From assembly GCF_009914755.1 (NCBI RefSeq), contig NC_060926.1: DNA of 64,000 nt; one strand, written 5' to 3'. The notes below the pieces were generated by a model, which saw nothing but the letters and a program-made list of their open reading frames with translations, ran no database searches and was not told where the DNA came from. Made by a program: the position numbers and the translations under genes. This document shows positions 50,401 through 63,717 of the stretch, piece after piece. Each line of letters opens with the position of its first letter. The stretch's first letter is position 1. This DNA is from the human T2T-CHM13v2.0 reference genome, Homo sapiens.

Positions 50401-51174
50401 ACTTATATGGTATTTAAACTGTATTCAAGTAATAGCAAGATAATTGGTAAGAAAATTAACCAGCTTCATTTATGAGATCTCAATTTATCATAATACTCAA
50501 TGTTTTTATAGTTTCTCCTCAATGCTCTCACAGTTAGATGGAGGTAATCCATTTCTATTACATGTGCTAAATTTAGTGGTCCTCTTAAATGATGCTCAGT
50601 AATGGGCTGTTTCAGCAAATATAATCAAGTTGTTTCACTTAACTTTAGCATGCAAATTCAAGCTCCCTAGAGTAGTTCAAAACAGAAAAACTTGCTGGCA
50701 TGGCATATGCTGATGGTTTTGTTTGATTCTCCTTAGACTGAGAGTTGGAGTTAGCAAATAATGTGTTTGTAATTGTATATGGAAAACTTTATAACACCAT
50801 GCAAATGTTTAACAGTATAGTGATTTTTGTTCAAAGTACATGTTCGCCAAAATCTCCTACTTTCTAGAAATATTTAACAAAGTATAAAATATAAATTTTA
50901 TTAAACCTTGCTTAAGAGTCAATTCTAGACACACAGGAAGGGGGAAAATCCAACTTTTGTTTAGTTTCTAAAATGGGAGAAATGTAAAATTTAGAAAAAC
51001 CTAGATATTATGAGCAATGTTTCTCTTTTCTGGTAGCTTATGATTTTCGGAGCCCTTCACTCACTAGAATCATTGTGAATATCTGGGTCCTCTAGGGATG
51101 TATTCTTAGGGTAAAAGATGCCCTAATTTCTTTTGTTGTCTTTTCTTATGTTTATCACACTTTGTATTGTCTTT

Positions 51175-51715
51175 TGAGGTAGGGGGCCAGCAGGAGTTGT
51201 TTTCTGGTCACAGCCCTGCTGACCAAAACAAGATCTGGTCCAGACAGGATAAAATGAAGAAACTGGCAGGAACCAGCAGATGGTGACAAAAGTGATCCCT
51301 AGCTTCCCTCATTGCTCATTAGCACAAGACACTCCCACCAGTGCCGTGACAGTTTACAAATGCCATGGCAAAGATCCAGAAGCTATCACCCCTTTCCATG
51401 GCAAGGACCTGAAAGTTACTGCCCCTTTCCTAGAAAGTTCTAAATAATCTGCCCCTCAATTTGCATTGGCCCACCCCTAAATTTGCTTGTAATTGAAAGT
51501 GGAGTTACCTGAGTATCAATACAGTTGCCAAGAGCCCCTTCATTGCTGACTCTGTGTGCGCTGCTTATGAGTTAGCACTGTTCCACTAGCAGCAATACTG
51601 TTCACTAATAGATTGCCGCTTAACACCATCAGCTCATCCTTAAATTCCTTCCTGGGTAAAGCCAAAAACGCTCCCAGGCTAAGCCCCAATTTGGGGGCTC
51701 ACCTGTCCTGTAACA
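51175..51715 (+). mobile_element. ERV1 (MER4-group) solo LTR, MER66-like
   Basis: TG...CA termini and 541 bp long. Shares CACTCCCACCAGTGCCGTGACAGTTTACAAATGCCATGGCA and GCTAAGCCCCAATTTGGGGGCTC with MER41/MER66-type LTRs. The 4-bp flanks are CTTT/CTGT. Confidence 0.85.
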
Positions 51716-52249
51716 CTGTCACTTGATGTCCTAGCTGCAGGCACATGTAATACCTAAAATATGTTTGTCTCAAAAAGCCAGCAGTGACAGAAAATGAATT
51801 TATTCACACAAAAGGAAATGGTGCCGGAGTTAAGATAGAAATGGTCATTTACCTCCACTTTAAAAAACAGAACAAATATTTGCTTGAGTATCTACTGAGA
51901 TGGCCATTTTGCCAAATGGTATATGCAATACTTGCAATGAGCTTTGGGAGAAAAACAACTCCTTCCAGAATAATACAGGGCAATGAGCAGGGTTCCTTAG
52001 AATTGAGTCAGAGGGTGAGGTTCCACAGGAAATAGCAGTGGCTACTACTTCTCTCAGTTGTCCTTAAATAAGCAGTTGCTTTCTGGGACTGCCTGGTCAG
52101 ACCTGGAAATCTATGAGTCTAGTCTTAGTGGCTACACAACAACAGTAACGGCACTAGATTATGTCTACAGAAGAGGAACTGGAATGCTTGACAGAAGGGA
52201 GGAAATCAAACTGATCCCTATGGATTAAAGGTCAATTTTTTTTTTTTGC

Positions 52250-53185
52250 TATGACTTCCAAATTTATCTCTGGTCATGTTTGTGAATTCCAGGCTCACAA
52301 ATCCATCCATCTGTTTGACACCTCACAACTCACAGAATCACGAAACTAACGTGTTTGAAAATAGGACACTTGGTTCTCTGCTACCGCCTGCTTTGTGTCT
52401 TTCCTATCTTAATAATGATACCTCTGTATGTTGATCCAATTACTCCAAAGAGAAGCCCAGGAATCATTGGTGATAATTCTTTCCCTTATCCTACTCCATA
52501 TATCCAATCTATCAGCAAGTCCTGTCAGTAATGTGTCTGGAATCTCTCTACTTCATTCCACTGGTCTAGGCCACCACCATCTCTCATTTAGATTAAAGCA
52601 ACAGTGTCTGAATTTACAATCTGCCCTCCCAAACCCAACCCATTATCCGCCTGATGGGAAAGGTCACCTCTCAAAAGACATATCAGATTATGTTTCTGCC
52701 ATGACTAAAATCTTTCAACAGCTTCTCAGCAAAAATAGAGTTTAAAATAAGATTCAAACTTCATATGATGGGCTACAAAGCTCTGCCTGATCTGGCCCCA
52801 GCCTCCTTTTCAACCCCACTCTCTGCCTCCTTGCTTCTCCTCCCTAACCCAGCTCATTAGGCCCTAGTCACCCCACTTGTCTCTCAGTGCCTCAGCATCT
52901 CATTCTGAGCTCTTTCTCACCTGAGAAGCTCTTGCTTGATGTAGATGACCTTCTGTCTAGCAGTCATCACCTCAGCCTCTTGTTTGTTTTCTCCATTACA
53001 TCTATTTACACCTCACATTATACTGGAATTACTTTATTCATTTGCTTGCGTACCTGCTTCTTGTCTACCTTTGCCCACTAGTATGTAATGACTATGAGTC
53101 CAGAGACTGTCTTTGTAATTCTGCCTTTATCAGCAGCACATAGAGGGAACCCAGTAAATGTTTGTCAAATGAAGGAAGGAAGGAA
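52250..53185 (+). mobile_element. L2 LINE 3' ~0.9 kb relic
   Basis: ATGACTTCCAAATTTATCTC, CCAATCTATCAGCAAGTCCTGTC, CAAAGCTCTGCCTGATCTGGCCCC, and the end CAGTAAATGTTTGTCAAATGAA. Confidence 0.8.
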
Positions 53186-54636
53186 GAGAAGAAAGGGAGG
53201 AAGGAAGGACTAGTGTGAAGGAGGCAAGACTGTGGCATACAGACACACTTCATGTTCTGCTGAGAGAAAAGCTGGAGCTAAGACATATGCTGAATTGATA
53301 ATTAAGAACCAAAAGGAAAAGAGAAATGCAGCTTGGTCACCAAATCCCGAATCTCTTGGCTGGGGAGGTCACCTTGGCATTGCAGGGAAGCGATTTCAGA
53401 ACAATAAACTTCTCACACTCATTAATTAGGAGGCAGTTTAGGAGGCTGTATAAATGAGTAGGAATGAATATCAAAAGGGCTTGGACAACTTTACGAATAT
53501 TGGTGTCATATAAGGCTACCAAATGAGGAACGGGTGACGGCCTGAGGAAGAGCTACCATCCATTTTCTTTTTTGAGGGTCATAGCTCTTGTTGGTCTCTG
53601 TGTTGCATTCATTGTGCACAAAAGCAACCAGCACATTTTATCTTTAAACTGAGAGCTGTATGAAGTGCTTTATCCTCCCAACTCTTGTTTGGTGGACACT
53701 CCTGCTTTCCTAGTGAGAAGACAGAGTCTTGAGAAGCCGAGTGACCAGCTGCATGTCACATTTGGTGAAGCAAGAGCTGGGAAATGAAATGAAAGTGGTG
53801 CTGTCACCAGAGCCCCACTCCTGCCTTCTGTTCCCACCCTAATTAATATTCAGCATCCCAAGCCCTAGAGAAAATGACAAGATAGAGAAAATCGCATTTA
53901 GCATCTATTTCTCCATCCTTTACCCTGTTGGGTGGTCTCTACCCAGGCCCTCTAATCAGTTCTCAGAGCTCACCCCTGGTTGGAGTCCCTTTAGAAAGAA
54001 TGAAAGCTGATAAGTCATTAACACTTTAGCATGAATTAGCTAATGACCCCACAGGGAAACCACTGACCTTTGTGAGGTGAAATATTTTGGCCGGAGGCCT
54101 TCCCCTCCCCCTCAAATCTCAGGCTGCTCCTCCTGGGTCCAAGCTGGCTAATGAGCATGTGTGGGCAGAAGAGTTCAATAAAGATTGACTGATTTATTGA
54201 TCTATGGGAGCAAAGCTGAGCTTAATCTTCCCTTGCAGCTGCTCCTTTCCTTGCACATCTCTGGAGACTTGTGTTTGGCCCTGCCCAACATCACCATGCA
54301 TAGCCTACCCTACTCCTTTGAACCAAGTCTTACTGGGAGTTTGATACGAAGTTAACCAGTGGCAGAGAAACATCTAGAGACCCTAAAGAGGGTCTCAAAT
54401 CTGTAGCTCCAGGAGTTTCCATATCACATACAGGGAAAGCTAGCCAATGGTTTCCCACTGTCAGAGGGGCACAGAAGGAACAACACTAATCCCCCAGAGA
54501 AAGAACAAGTCAAAGCATCTCCAGGCCCCTGCCTCTATGTACAAAGCCATGAAGAGGCTGGGAGTGGCTCACAGACTGTGGCATGTGGGAGGAAAGGTGG
54601 TACTGGAGCTCTGGGTCCTCTTTGATCCCAAGCTGG

Positions 54637-55039
54637 TGTATTAGTCATTCTTGCTTTGCTATAAAGAAATATCTGAGACTGGGTAATTTGTAAAGAAAAG
54701 AGGTTTAATTGGCTCATGGTTCTGCAGGCAATACAGGAAGCATGGATGCATCTGTTTGGCTTCCAGGGAGGCCTCAGGAAACTTTCAATCATGGCAGAAG
54801 GTGAAAGGGAAGTGCATACGTCTTACACGGCCAGAGCAGGAAGAAGAGAGAGAGCAGGGGAGGTGCTACACACTTTTAAAATAACCAGATCTCATGAGAA
54901 CTCACTCACTCTCACAACACAGTACCAAGGGGAAAATCTGCCCCATGATCCAATCACCTCCCACCAGGCTCCACCTCCAACACTGGGGATTACAATTTGA
55001 CATGAGATTTGGGCAGGGACGCAGATCCAAACCATATCA
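54637..55039 (-). mobile_element. MSTA-like MaLR solo LTR
   Basis: TGTATTAGTC...CAAACCATATCA, with a perfect 5-bp TSD GCTGG at 54632-54636 and 55040-55044. Confidence 0.93.
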
Positions 55040-55344
55040 GCTGGGAGAGGAGAAATGCCAGGGTGACTGCCCCAGCTAGTAGGTGGAGGAGGCGCAGCAT
55101 CCAGCGTGGAGCAGAGCCCCCGAGTTGTCTTCTGAGCTGGGCCGCTGTGTGCAGAGCCTTATCTGGGCTGACACGCTCCTTGCCAACCAGTGCTGAAGGT
55201 GTGGTGTGGTTGTGGTGAAAGTGACGGTGGTGGTAGAGCCACCTTTAAGTGGGAATATTTGTCTTCAAGGTCCACACTGCACACCCCATGCTTAATTCTG
55301 GGGCTGCTCTTTGCAAAGGACACAAGAAACTACTCAATAACTGT

Positions 55345-55720
55345 CATATGAGCAAAGATGGAAGTAACTGGGGCTATTTATCCTAGACACAAAGGGACTT
55401 AGAGGTTACTTGAGAGCCTACTTCAAATACTGCTGGGATTGTCACACAGATGATGGCTCTGACTTGTTCTGTATCTCCCCAGAGGTTAGTATTAGAACCA
55501 ATGGGTAGAAGATGGAGAGAAGATGAATCTCATCTAAAGAAGAGTTCTGTTATGACCAAAGGCATCTGAAGTGGAACAGGCATTCCCAGGAGCATGATGA
55601 GCTGCCCATCCCTAGGGACGTTCAAGAAGAGGCTGAGGGACTAGCTTGAATATTAAAATGCTCAAGCATTTGAGGAGAGATTAGGTTAGACTACTGAGGG
55701 CCCCTGCAACTCTGAGGTAT
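55345..55720 (+). mobile_element. L3/CR1 LINE 3' relic
   Basis: Conceptual translation YEQRWK*LGLFILDTKGLRGYLRAYFKY...DLFCISPEVSIRTNG follows the CR1 ORF2 C-terminal motif (YEERLxxLGLFSLEKRRLRGDL...RTRSNG). It ends in a CR1-like GGCCCCTGCAACTCTGAG. Confidence 0.8.
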
Positions 55721-55748
55721 AGGGTTCCAAGAAATCAAGAATATAGCA

Positions 55749-55826
55749 GCATCTGTCTATTTGGCTAAGAGCAGGATAGGTGAACATGCATCCATCTGTT
55801 TGGCTAAGAGCAGGATAGGTGAACAT
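55749..55826. repeat. 39-bp tandem duplication
   Basis: GCATC(TG/CA)TCT(A/G)TTTGGCTAAGAGCAGGATAGGTGAACAT occurs twice in tandem. Confidence 0.93.
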
Positions 55827-56049
55827 CCTTAGAACTCTCTACCTAAGCATAGGTAGCTGGGCACCAAATTGTTGGTTTTCCTGCGGAAAGAGAACATCAC
55901 AGAAACTCTCAAAAGCAGCCTTTTAGCAATGGGGCTAAATCTGACTTCAGTGTTTCATTTTCAAATATGCCTAAACTCCAAAGCATGGAAAGATAGCATC
56001 TTAGTGAAGGGAACTTTCCTTTACTTCATACCTACCATGTTTTATGCCT

Positions 56050-56362
56050 TCACTGTCCCATATTTTAGCCACTATCTGCATGAGGCTGTTGAACACTTGG
56101 CATGTGCCTAGTCTGCATTGAGATGTGCCGTAAGTATAAAATACATATGATTTCAAAGATTTAGTATGACAAAAGGAATTTAAAATATCTCATTTATATT
56201 TTTATATTGGTGACATGTTAAAATAATATTTTGATATGTTGGGTTATAAAACATATAAATAAAATTAATGTCATCTGTTTCTTTTCCTTTTTAAAAAAGT
56301 GTAGCTAATAGAAATTTAAAATCACATATGTGGCTCACATTCTATATCTATTGAACAGTGCT
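56050..56362. mobile_element. MER33-like hAT-Charlie element
   Basis: CACTGTCCCATA...GAGATGTGCCGTAAGTATAAAATACA...CATATGTGGCTCACATT...TTGAACAGTGCT. Confidence 0.8.
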
Positions 56363-56384
56363 ATTCTAGATCCAGGATAAGTAG

Positions 56385-56550
56385 TTCTCTTCATTATCTT
56401 ATTTAATCTTCACAACTATGACATGAAGTAGAAGACATTAGAATTTAGGGAGATTGAATAAATTGCCCAAGACCATGCAGCCAGTAAGTTGCCGCCTTGG
56501 GATTTGAACCCAGGCCCCATCGACTCTGTGACCACACTCTTCCACCACAT
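56385..56550 (-). mobile_element. MIR relic
   Basis: TTATCTTATTTAATCTTCACAAC...AATTGCCCAAGACCATGCAGCCAGTAAGT...GGGATTTGAACCCAGG. Confidence 0.8.
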
Positions 56551-57047
56551 GATGCCCCTATATTGATGTCCTCTTTAGGGAATTGCTGCTATGTTATAAA
56601 ATGCTAAAGGAAGGAGGATGAGAAATGGTTGTGGAAATGCTGACAGCAGCTTAATTACATAATTAAAAATGCAGCAGGCTTCAGAAGTATGTGCATAGGC
56701 TCAGGAATGGACAGTGAACCTGGCTCCAAATTAATCCATGCCTGCAGGTAAAGGAGTCTGCAATCCTGGAACGTTGGAAATGCATGTCACTAGGGGAATT
56801 TTAAAGTATCAGAGATAGAGGGGGCATTCCAGGGATAGAGCTTCTGAGCTCTGTGGCCTGGGTTTAAGCAGAGGCAGGAACCCTGCACCACCACATGAAA
56901 AGCCTTAATGTGAACATTCTGCTGTGCTGGGTGTTGGGATCACTGATGGAACAGGGAGAAGATGGGAGTTTAGGGAGTGTCCTAGGGGAATTTAGTAGCC
57001 TCCTTGATTCTGACTCAACAAAACTTACTATCATAAATAACCATCCT

Positions 57048-57201
57048 GGCTGGGTACAGTGACTCATACCTGTAATCCTAGCATTTTGGGAGGCTGAGGC
57101 AGGAGAATTGTTTCAGGCCAGGAGTTCAAGACCAGCCTGGGCTACATAGAAAGACCCTAATCTCTACAAAAAGTAAAATAAATAAATAAATACATAAATA
57201 A
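57048..57201 (+). mobile_element. Free left Alu monomer (FLAM_C-like) with a (TAAA)n tail
   Basis: Left arm only. Perfect TSD ATAAATAACCATCCT at 57033-57047 and 57202-57216. Confidence 0.92.
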
Positions 57202-59840
57202 ATAAATAACCATCCTATATATGGAACTTCTGTATCTGACTCAAGGGGCACTTTCATATTTTTTTTCTTGTTAGTGTAGTGAGGCAGGCTTGGACCTTTT
57301 TGGAAGGGGTTTTCACATTTCCCCATACACACAAATCCCCCTATCTCCTGGCCCTGCCTGCAGTGCCTCCTTAGAAGAGAGAGTGCTGCTTCCTCTGGCC
57401 TTGTTGGATCATGGGGTCTCCAAGCCAGGCTATTGGTAGGCTAACGGCTACATGTTGGGGGGCCCTCGAGGCTGTGCCACATGAAGGTTTCTTCTGGGGA
57501 TCATCTGTCCATGTACTCACAGTTAGAAAAACAGAAGGCAGCCCTAGGCTGTTGAAGGGAGGAAAATCAATGACGGGCCTTCTGCAGTTCTGAGTTAAAT
57601 AAATAAGTAAAATCACTCCCAAATAATATTCAGTTGAGAAGATTCATAAGAAGCAAAGTAAATGGCCTGTACAAATGCCCGACTGAGGAGAGAAAGAAAG
57701 CATGGTAATGATTTTGCCAGCCCAAAGGGAAGTGGAAGCAGAATTAGAAGGAAGTGATTGACTTACAATTACACTGACTAGGGATCCTGGGGTTTGTGAC
57801 CGCTGAAAATTACTCAGGTAGCCCTAGAGCAGCAACAAAGCCCCCAAAGCCCAATGCTCCAAAGTGATTGGCTACATATAGTCAATTCTAGGTCACTGAG
57901 GAGGATGTGGGGCATGTGGAAGGGGCAGTGGGATGCTGGCCAGCTCAGGAGGTTCTGGGCAAAGCTGCAGGTAGGTGGAGCTGTTTCAAGGACAACACCA
58001 CCCAGGACCATGAAAGCGGGGTGTGGAGAGACAGGAGATCAGTTACAAAGAGAAGAATTTTCATGCACAAGCCATAGAGAAAATTTGAGTGCCCAATCCT
58101 CCCAGCTTCTGAGGGCTCCAGAATGGTGTAGCAGAGGCCAGCAGATAGGACAGACAAATAAATGACCCTCAGCTTAGACCTATAGTTCCTTCAGCTCTGC
58201 ATTCTAAATGTGGGAGAGTCTTCCAGAATGAACTTAAGGAAATGCAGTCGTTTTCCCTGCATGGCAACCTCAGAAGGCTGGGGCTGTACCTGCGGACAAA
58301 CTCTAACAGACCTGCCAACTGGGGATTTTTCCAACTTCGTGGGACCTGCTTTTATTTCTAGCTAGTTTGTACTAGTAGTACTATTAGCAGTAAGGGTGGT
58401 GATCAATCAGAGGTCAGAGTAGGGCAGAGAAGGTCAAGAGAGGCCCTCTTTTTGTCGAAGGTAGAACAAGGCTGGTGTACCTCTGAAGATAATCCTCAAC
58501 TCCCATTAGCCCCAACAATTCCATCACAATTTTTATCAGGTCCTAAACAAGGAAGTAAATTAATAAATCTGTTTTCTGTTTATTTTCCCAGTCCACATAG
58601 TAAGTAATTAATGTACATGAAATAAATGCCTGAAAGCTATAAAGTGAGGCTTTGCAGTTATGTTTTTCCAAGGGTCATTTATTGTATTTCCTCTGAAGTC
58701 AGCACACAATGGTAAAAGGGAGACTTACTGAACTAACTGCTTTGCAGGTGCTCCTGCTCCATTCAGATTCTTCCCTCCATGGCATGACCAGTGAACATCC
58801 ATTAAGCTATGTCAATCGGGCCAGAAAAATACACATCTTCCTTTTCTAATAAGGGGGGCACATTATTTTAGACTTCTAAGGTGAGCCTTCTAGACTTCCA
58901 GACAGGGGCTGAGCAAAGCTTGTCATTTGACAACAGCTCCGGTAGAAACAGTGAAATGATAGCAAGAATTTGAAAGCCCAGTATGAGATGCACAAATGGC
59001 ACCTGGAGTTAAAAAGGGCTTAAAAATTAAAACTAGTTCAGCATCTTCCCTTGCCTCAACTGTTTCTCAGAGCAGTATAGAAAGCAAAACCCCCACAGAT
59101 GCAGCTCTGCCACACAGTGTTAGCAAGTAAAGTGCAGAGCAGGTCACAGTATTTCTAATTCAGATTAATGACCCCATTCAGCACTGTCTCCTTAGCAGCA
59201 AATTAGAAAGTATAGGAAGGAGCAAATAGTGATTCATAATATGTGACTCTGAGTATTGGCAGTTGTGCTAGTTAAAAGCTAAGATATTGTTTTGATACAA
59301 AATAATTGAGTCTGACTTATTTATGGGATAAAGTGTTCCCCATAATAAGAGATTCTTTTTTTGTAAAGTTACATACCCATATATTTGAAAGACAGGAGAA
59401 CTGACCTTTGCCCATTTTGTGTTTGCTGAAGCTCTGTTAGAAACAGTAATTTGGGGTAATAGGTTGGTAGGGTCTCATATGTTTCTGGTACTTTGCTGTT
59501 GATTCTATATCTTTTTTTTTTTTTTGGCCCCTCAACATCTCTCCCTACCAGGGCTTAGTCCTGGTCTTCCATTCTCCACTCTGCACACTTATTTTTCAGG
59601 GAACTTATTTAATTTAGGGGCTTCATTTGCCTCCTGTTTGCCTCCAGTCATGACCTTTTCCCCATGTCTTGCCATCTCACACTCTTCAACACACATACAC
59701 ACACACACACTTCAGTTAGATTCATATAGACTTATATATGAAACTCAACTCATTGTTGTCTCATGTATATTTCATTGTTTCTCTAAAAACCTGTTCATGG
59801 CCATGCATATCCATTCTTCTTTCCTTTGCCTTCCATATCT

Positions 59841-60253
<413 letters not shown>

Positions 60254-60514
60254 TAAGAGAGAGAAACAATTTCTTTGAGTAAGAGCCATGACAAGCCCAG
60301 TCTTTGGGCTTGTCCAATAAACTTTAACCTATGAGGATGCAGTCTTTGTTGTATGCTATAGGGATGTGTCCACTCACAGATCATACACCCAAATAGTGTT
60401 GATAAGAATTGAGAAGAGTTGGATGAGCTATAGAAATAAGAGCGTCTGAGATGTTATTCCCAGCCCCAAATCTAAATTGGAATCTCCTGGGGAGTTTTTT
60501 GAAAATGCAGATTA

Positions 60515-60814
<300 letters not shown>

Positions 60815-60859
60815 GCAGATTACTCTTAAGTCTCAATCTCACCTCCCAGGAGGTGTCTT

Positions 60860-61250
60860 GCACACTCTCCTGCTACCAGTCTCCTTGCTTTTCCTGGAAC
60901 GCAATGAGCATTTTTCCTTCCCAGGGCCTTTGCACTTGCTAATTCCTCTTTATAACTCTCTTCACCCAGATATCTGCATTGGCTTGCTCCATTACCCTGT
61001 TTAGGCCTCTGCTCCTCAGAGAGGTAATCACACTATCTAAAACAGCATCCTTCCATTTGCTCACTTTTATTCTGTCTTTCCTTAGATCTACATATTTATA
61101 ATTTTTTGGCCTATCGCCCCTCCTAAATAGTGAGTTCTGTGGGGGCAAATGTTTTGTCTAGTTGGGTTACTGCTTTATTCTCAGAGTTAGTAAGAAGCTT
61201 CCCACATAGTAGGCACTCAAGCAATGTCTGTTGAATCAGTGAATGACAGA
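60860..61250 (+). mobile_element. L2 LINE 3' relic
   Basis: CCCAGGGCCTTTGCACTTGCT...CACATAGTAGGCACTCAAGCAATGTCTGTTGAATCAGTGAATGA. Confidence 0.85.
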
Positions 61251-61294
61251 TGGATCAGAGAGGCTGAGTTAATCAGGGAAGTCTAGTTCTAAAA

Positions 61295-61474
61295 CAGTGG
61301 TTCTTAAAGCCTGGTCCTTGGATGAGCAGCTTTAGCATTGCTAGAGACATTGTTGGAAATGCACATTCTTGGGCTTCACCCCAGACCAGCTAAATCAGAA
61401 ACTGGGAGGCAGCTATGTGTGCTTCAGCAAGCCTCCAGGTAACTCTGGTGCTTGCTAAAGCTTGAGAACCAATG
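61295..61474. mobile_element. MER5A hAT-Charlie MITE
   Basis: TIRs CAGTGGTTCTTAAA and TTGAGAACCAATG. Flanks TTCTAAAA/CTCTAGAT fit the nTCTAGAn target preference. Confidence 0.88.
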
Positions 61475-62113
61475 CTCTAGATTGTTATTTTGGTGCCATG
61501 TTACCTCTTCCACCTATTCCTATTTGTCAAGACCATACAAAATGTCTTATGGTGTTCATATTTGACACTCACAATGATCTTAGACTATTCTTTGATTGTT
61601 TCGGGTTTACTGGGTCAGGGAGCTGGCTTGTCCTGTGGTCCTCAGGCATCCAGGGATAACTCAGGATACATTTGTTGGTTACTTGATTTTGCTATATTCC
61701 TTATATATTCCTTTTTTTTTTTTTTTGGTTCTAAGTACCATAAGGAGAAAGGTTATACTCTTCCACTGAGAGTTAGTGCAAGTATATATTTTATTAGGAT
61801 AGAGATGGGACATTGATTAAAAATACTTGTAGGTTGGTTAATTTTGACTGGTTGTTTTATTATGTGTTAGGAATGTAGTAAAGTAGTTAAGAGCATGGGC
61901 GTAGGAGTCAGATTTGGGCTGGACCAGCTTTTAATTGGGCAATAATGCCTGCCTCAGAGGGTTGATAGCACTGGTGTCCAATAGGCACTCAAAGTAGATG
62001 TTAATAACAGTAATATATTGGCATTTTTAGAACATAAAAAATTTGTTATGTTGGTGCACGCTTGAGTATATTTATTAAAGCAGAAAGATGACAGTGGTAA
62101 GTATATTTTAGGA

Positions 62114-62297
62114 CAGTAGTTCTCACAAAGTAGTGTTCAGACTAGCAGGCTCAGCATCACCTGTAAATTGTCAGAAATGCAAATTCCCAGACCCCACTCA
62201 GATCTACTAAAACAGAATGTAACAGCAGATTTAGCAATCTATGGTTTAACAAACCCTCCAGGTGATTCAGATGCATACTCAAGTTGGGGAAGCCCTG
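62114..62297. mobile_element. MER5A hAT-Charlie MITE
   Basis: CAGTAGTTCTCA...AGCATCACCTG...AGAAATGCAAATTCCC...TTTAACAAACCCTCCAGGTGATTC...AAGTTGGGGAAGCCCTG. Confidence 0.88.
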
Positions 62298-63429
62298 CTT
62301 TAAAATAATGTACACACACTCTCCACACCACACACCCCTTGTATATGGTATGCTTATTTTGAGAAACAATCTATTAACAAATGAGAGGACCGTGGTAGCC
62401 AACAACTAGATAATTCCTGCTGAGGGATAAGTCAATAGGGTCCAGGTCATTTGAATTTGGGAAACAGACTCAATTCCTGGTTTCTGTATAAACTCATTCA
62501 GTGGACTAGCTTTCTGACAGGTCTTTGAAAAATGAGACCCCTGGTAACAGCCCTCTCTCTCAAATATTTCCCTGGCCTGCAGCAATTAAACAGCTGAGCA
62601 GGAAACTGGACCTGAAGTTCTGTTAACCCTTTGTCAGCTAAAGCACATGAGCAATCTGTCTTGCTGGAGAGATTTTATTTTCAACCTCTTTCCCTCTCAC
62701 CACACTACAAAGGAAAACTGCCTCCTGAAACATCTCCTGGTGGAGCTGCGAGCTTCCGTGTCTGTGTGATTGAAAACAGCAAGGTCAGAGATCAACAGAA
62801 ATGAATGGTCATTACAAACTAAATGCAGCTGCTGAATCTCCTTGTACTTCTCCTTGGTGTCATGAAGACAAATAGCATTAAAAAAAGTTTTCCCAGTGAA
62901 GCAGCTCTCATTTTCTCCTCTCTCATCCCCTTCCAAACATTTCTTAATGAACTACAAGTCCATCATCTATGAGCCTGATGGTTTTAAAGCTGAGCATTAC
63001 CCAGCTAGAAACGATCAGAACTGAGTGGGTTAAGCCACTTTCTGAGTGCTTTCGTCCTTGTGTTGGTAAGTTGGGGCTTTTGTCTGTCCAAGTCCTTATT
63101 GTTACTATGTATGAAAACATCAAATCCATGGTAAAGTCAAGCCAGTTCTTCAGTGCCAGGCAAGACTTGAGTTGCTGAACAACGCTCCCTGTTTATTGAT
63201 AATTGTGGTGTCTTTTCCTTTGTCTTTTCCATGCATTCATTTTTTTCCTTATTGTCCACATGTGCATTGTAGATTTTCGGCGCAAATGTTGAATTCTAGA
63301 CCAGTATCTCCCATCATCTACTCAGAGGTTTATCAGGGAACTCAAGCTAATTTGAATGTGAGTTTACACAAAAAGCAATTGGGTTTATAATCTTATTTAA
63401 TCCACATCTGTTAGAACCCAGTAATTCTT

Positions 63430-63717
63430 AGCTAGGCACAGTGGCTCACGACTGTAATCCCAGCACTTTGGAAGGCCCAGGTGGGCCGATCACTTAAGGT
63501 CAGGAGTTCGAGAGCAGCCAGACCAAAATGGTGAAACCCTGTCTCTACTAAAAATACAAAAATTAGCCGGGTGTGGTGGCATGTGCCTGTAATCCCAGCT
63601 ACTCGGAGGCTGAGACAGGAGAATCGCTTGAACCCAGGTAGAAGTTGCAGTGAGCCGAGGTTGTGCCACTGTACTCGAGCCTGGGCAACAGAGTAAAACT
63701 GTGTCTTGAAAAAACAA
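63430..63717 (+). mobile_element. AluS-like SINE
   Basis: Full dimer. TSD AGAACCCAGTAA(T/C)TCTT at 63413-63429 and 63718-63734. Confidence 0.95.

Noticed and set aside
57800-58190. GC-richer segment with 103-aa and 65-70-aa ORFs
   Set aside because: No recognisable domain or splice structure. It may be an old LTR relic, but I cannot assign it.
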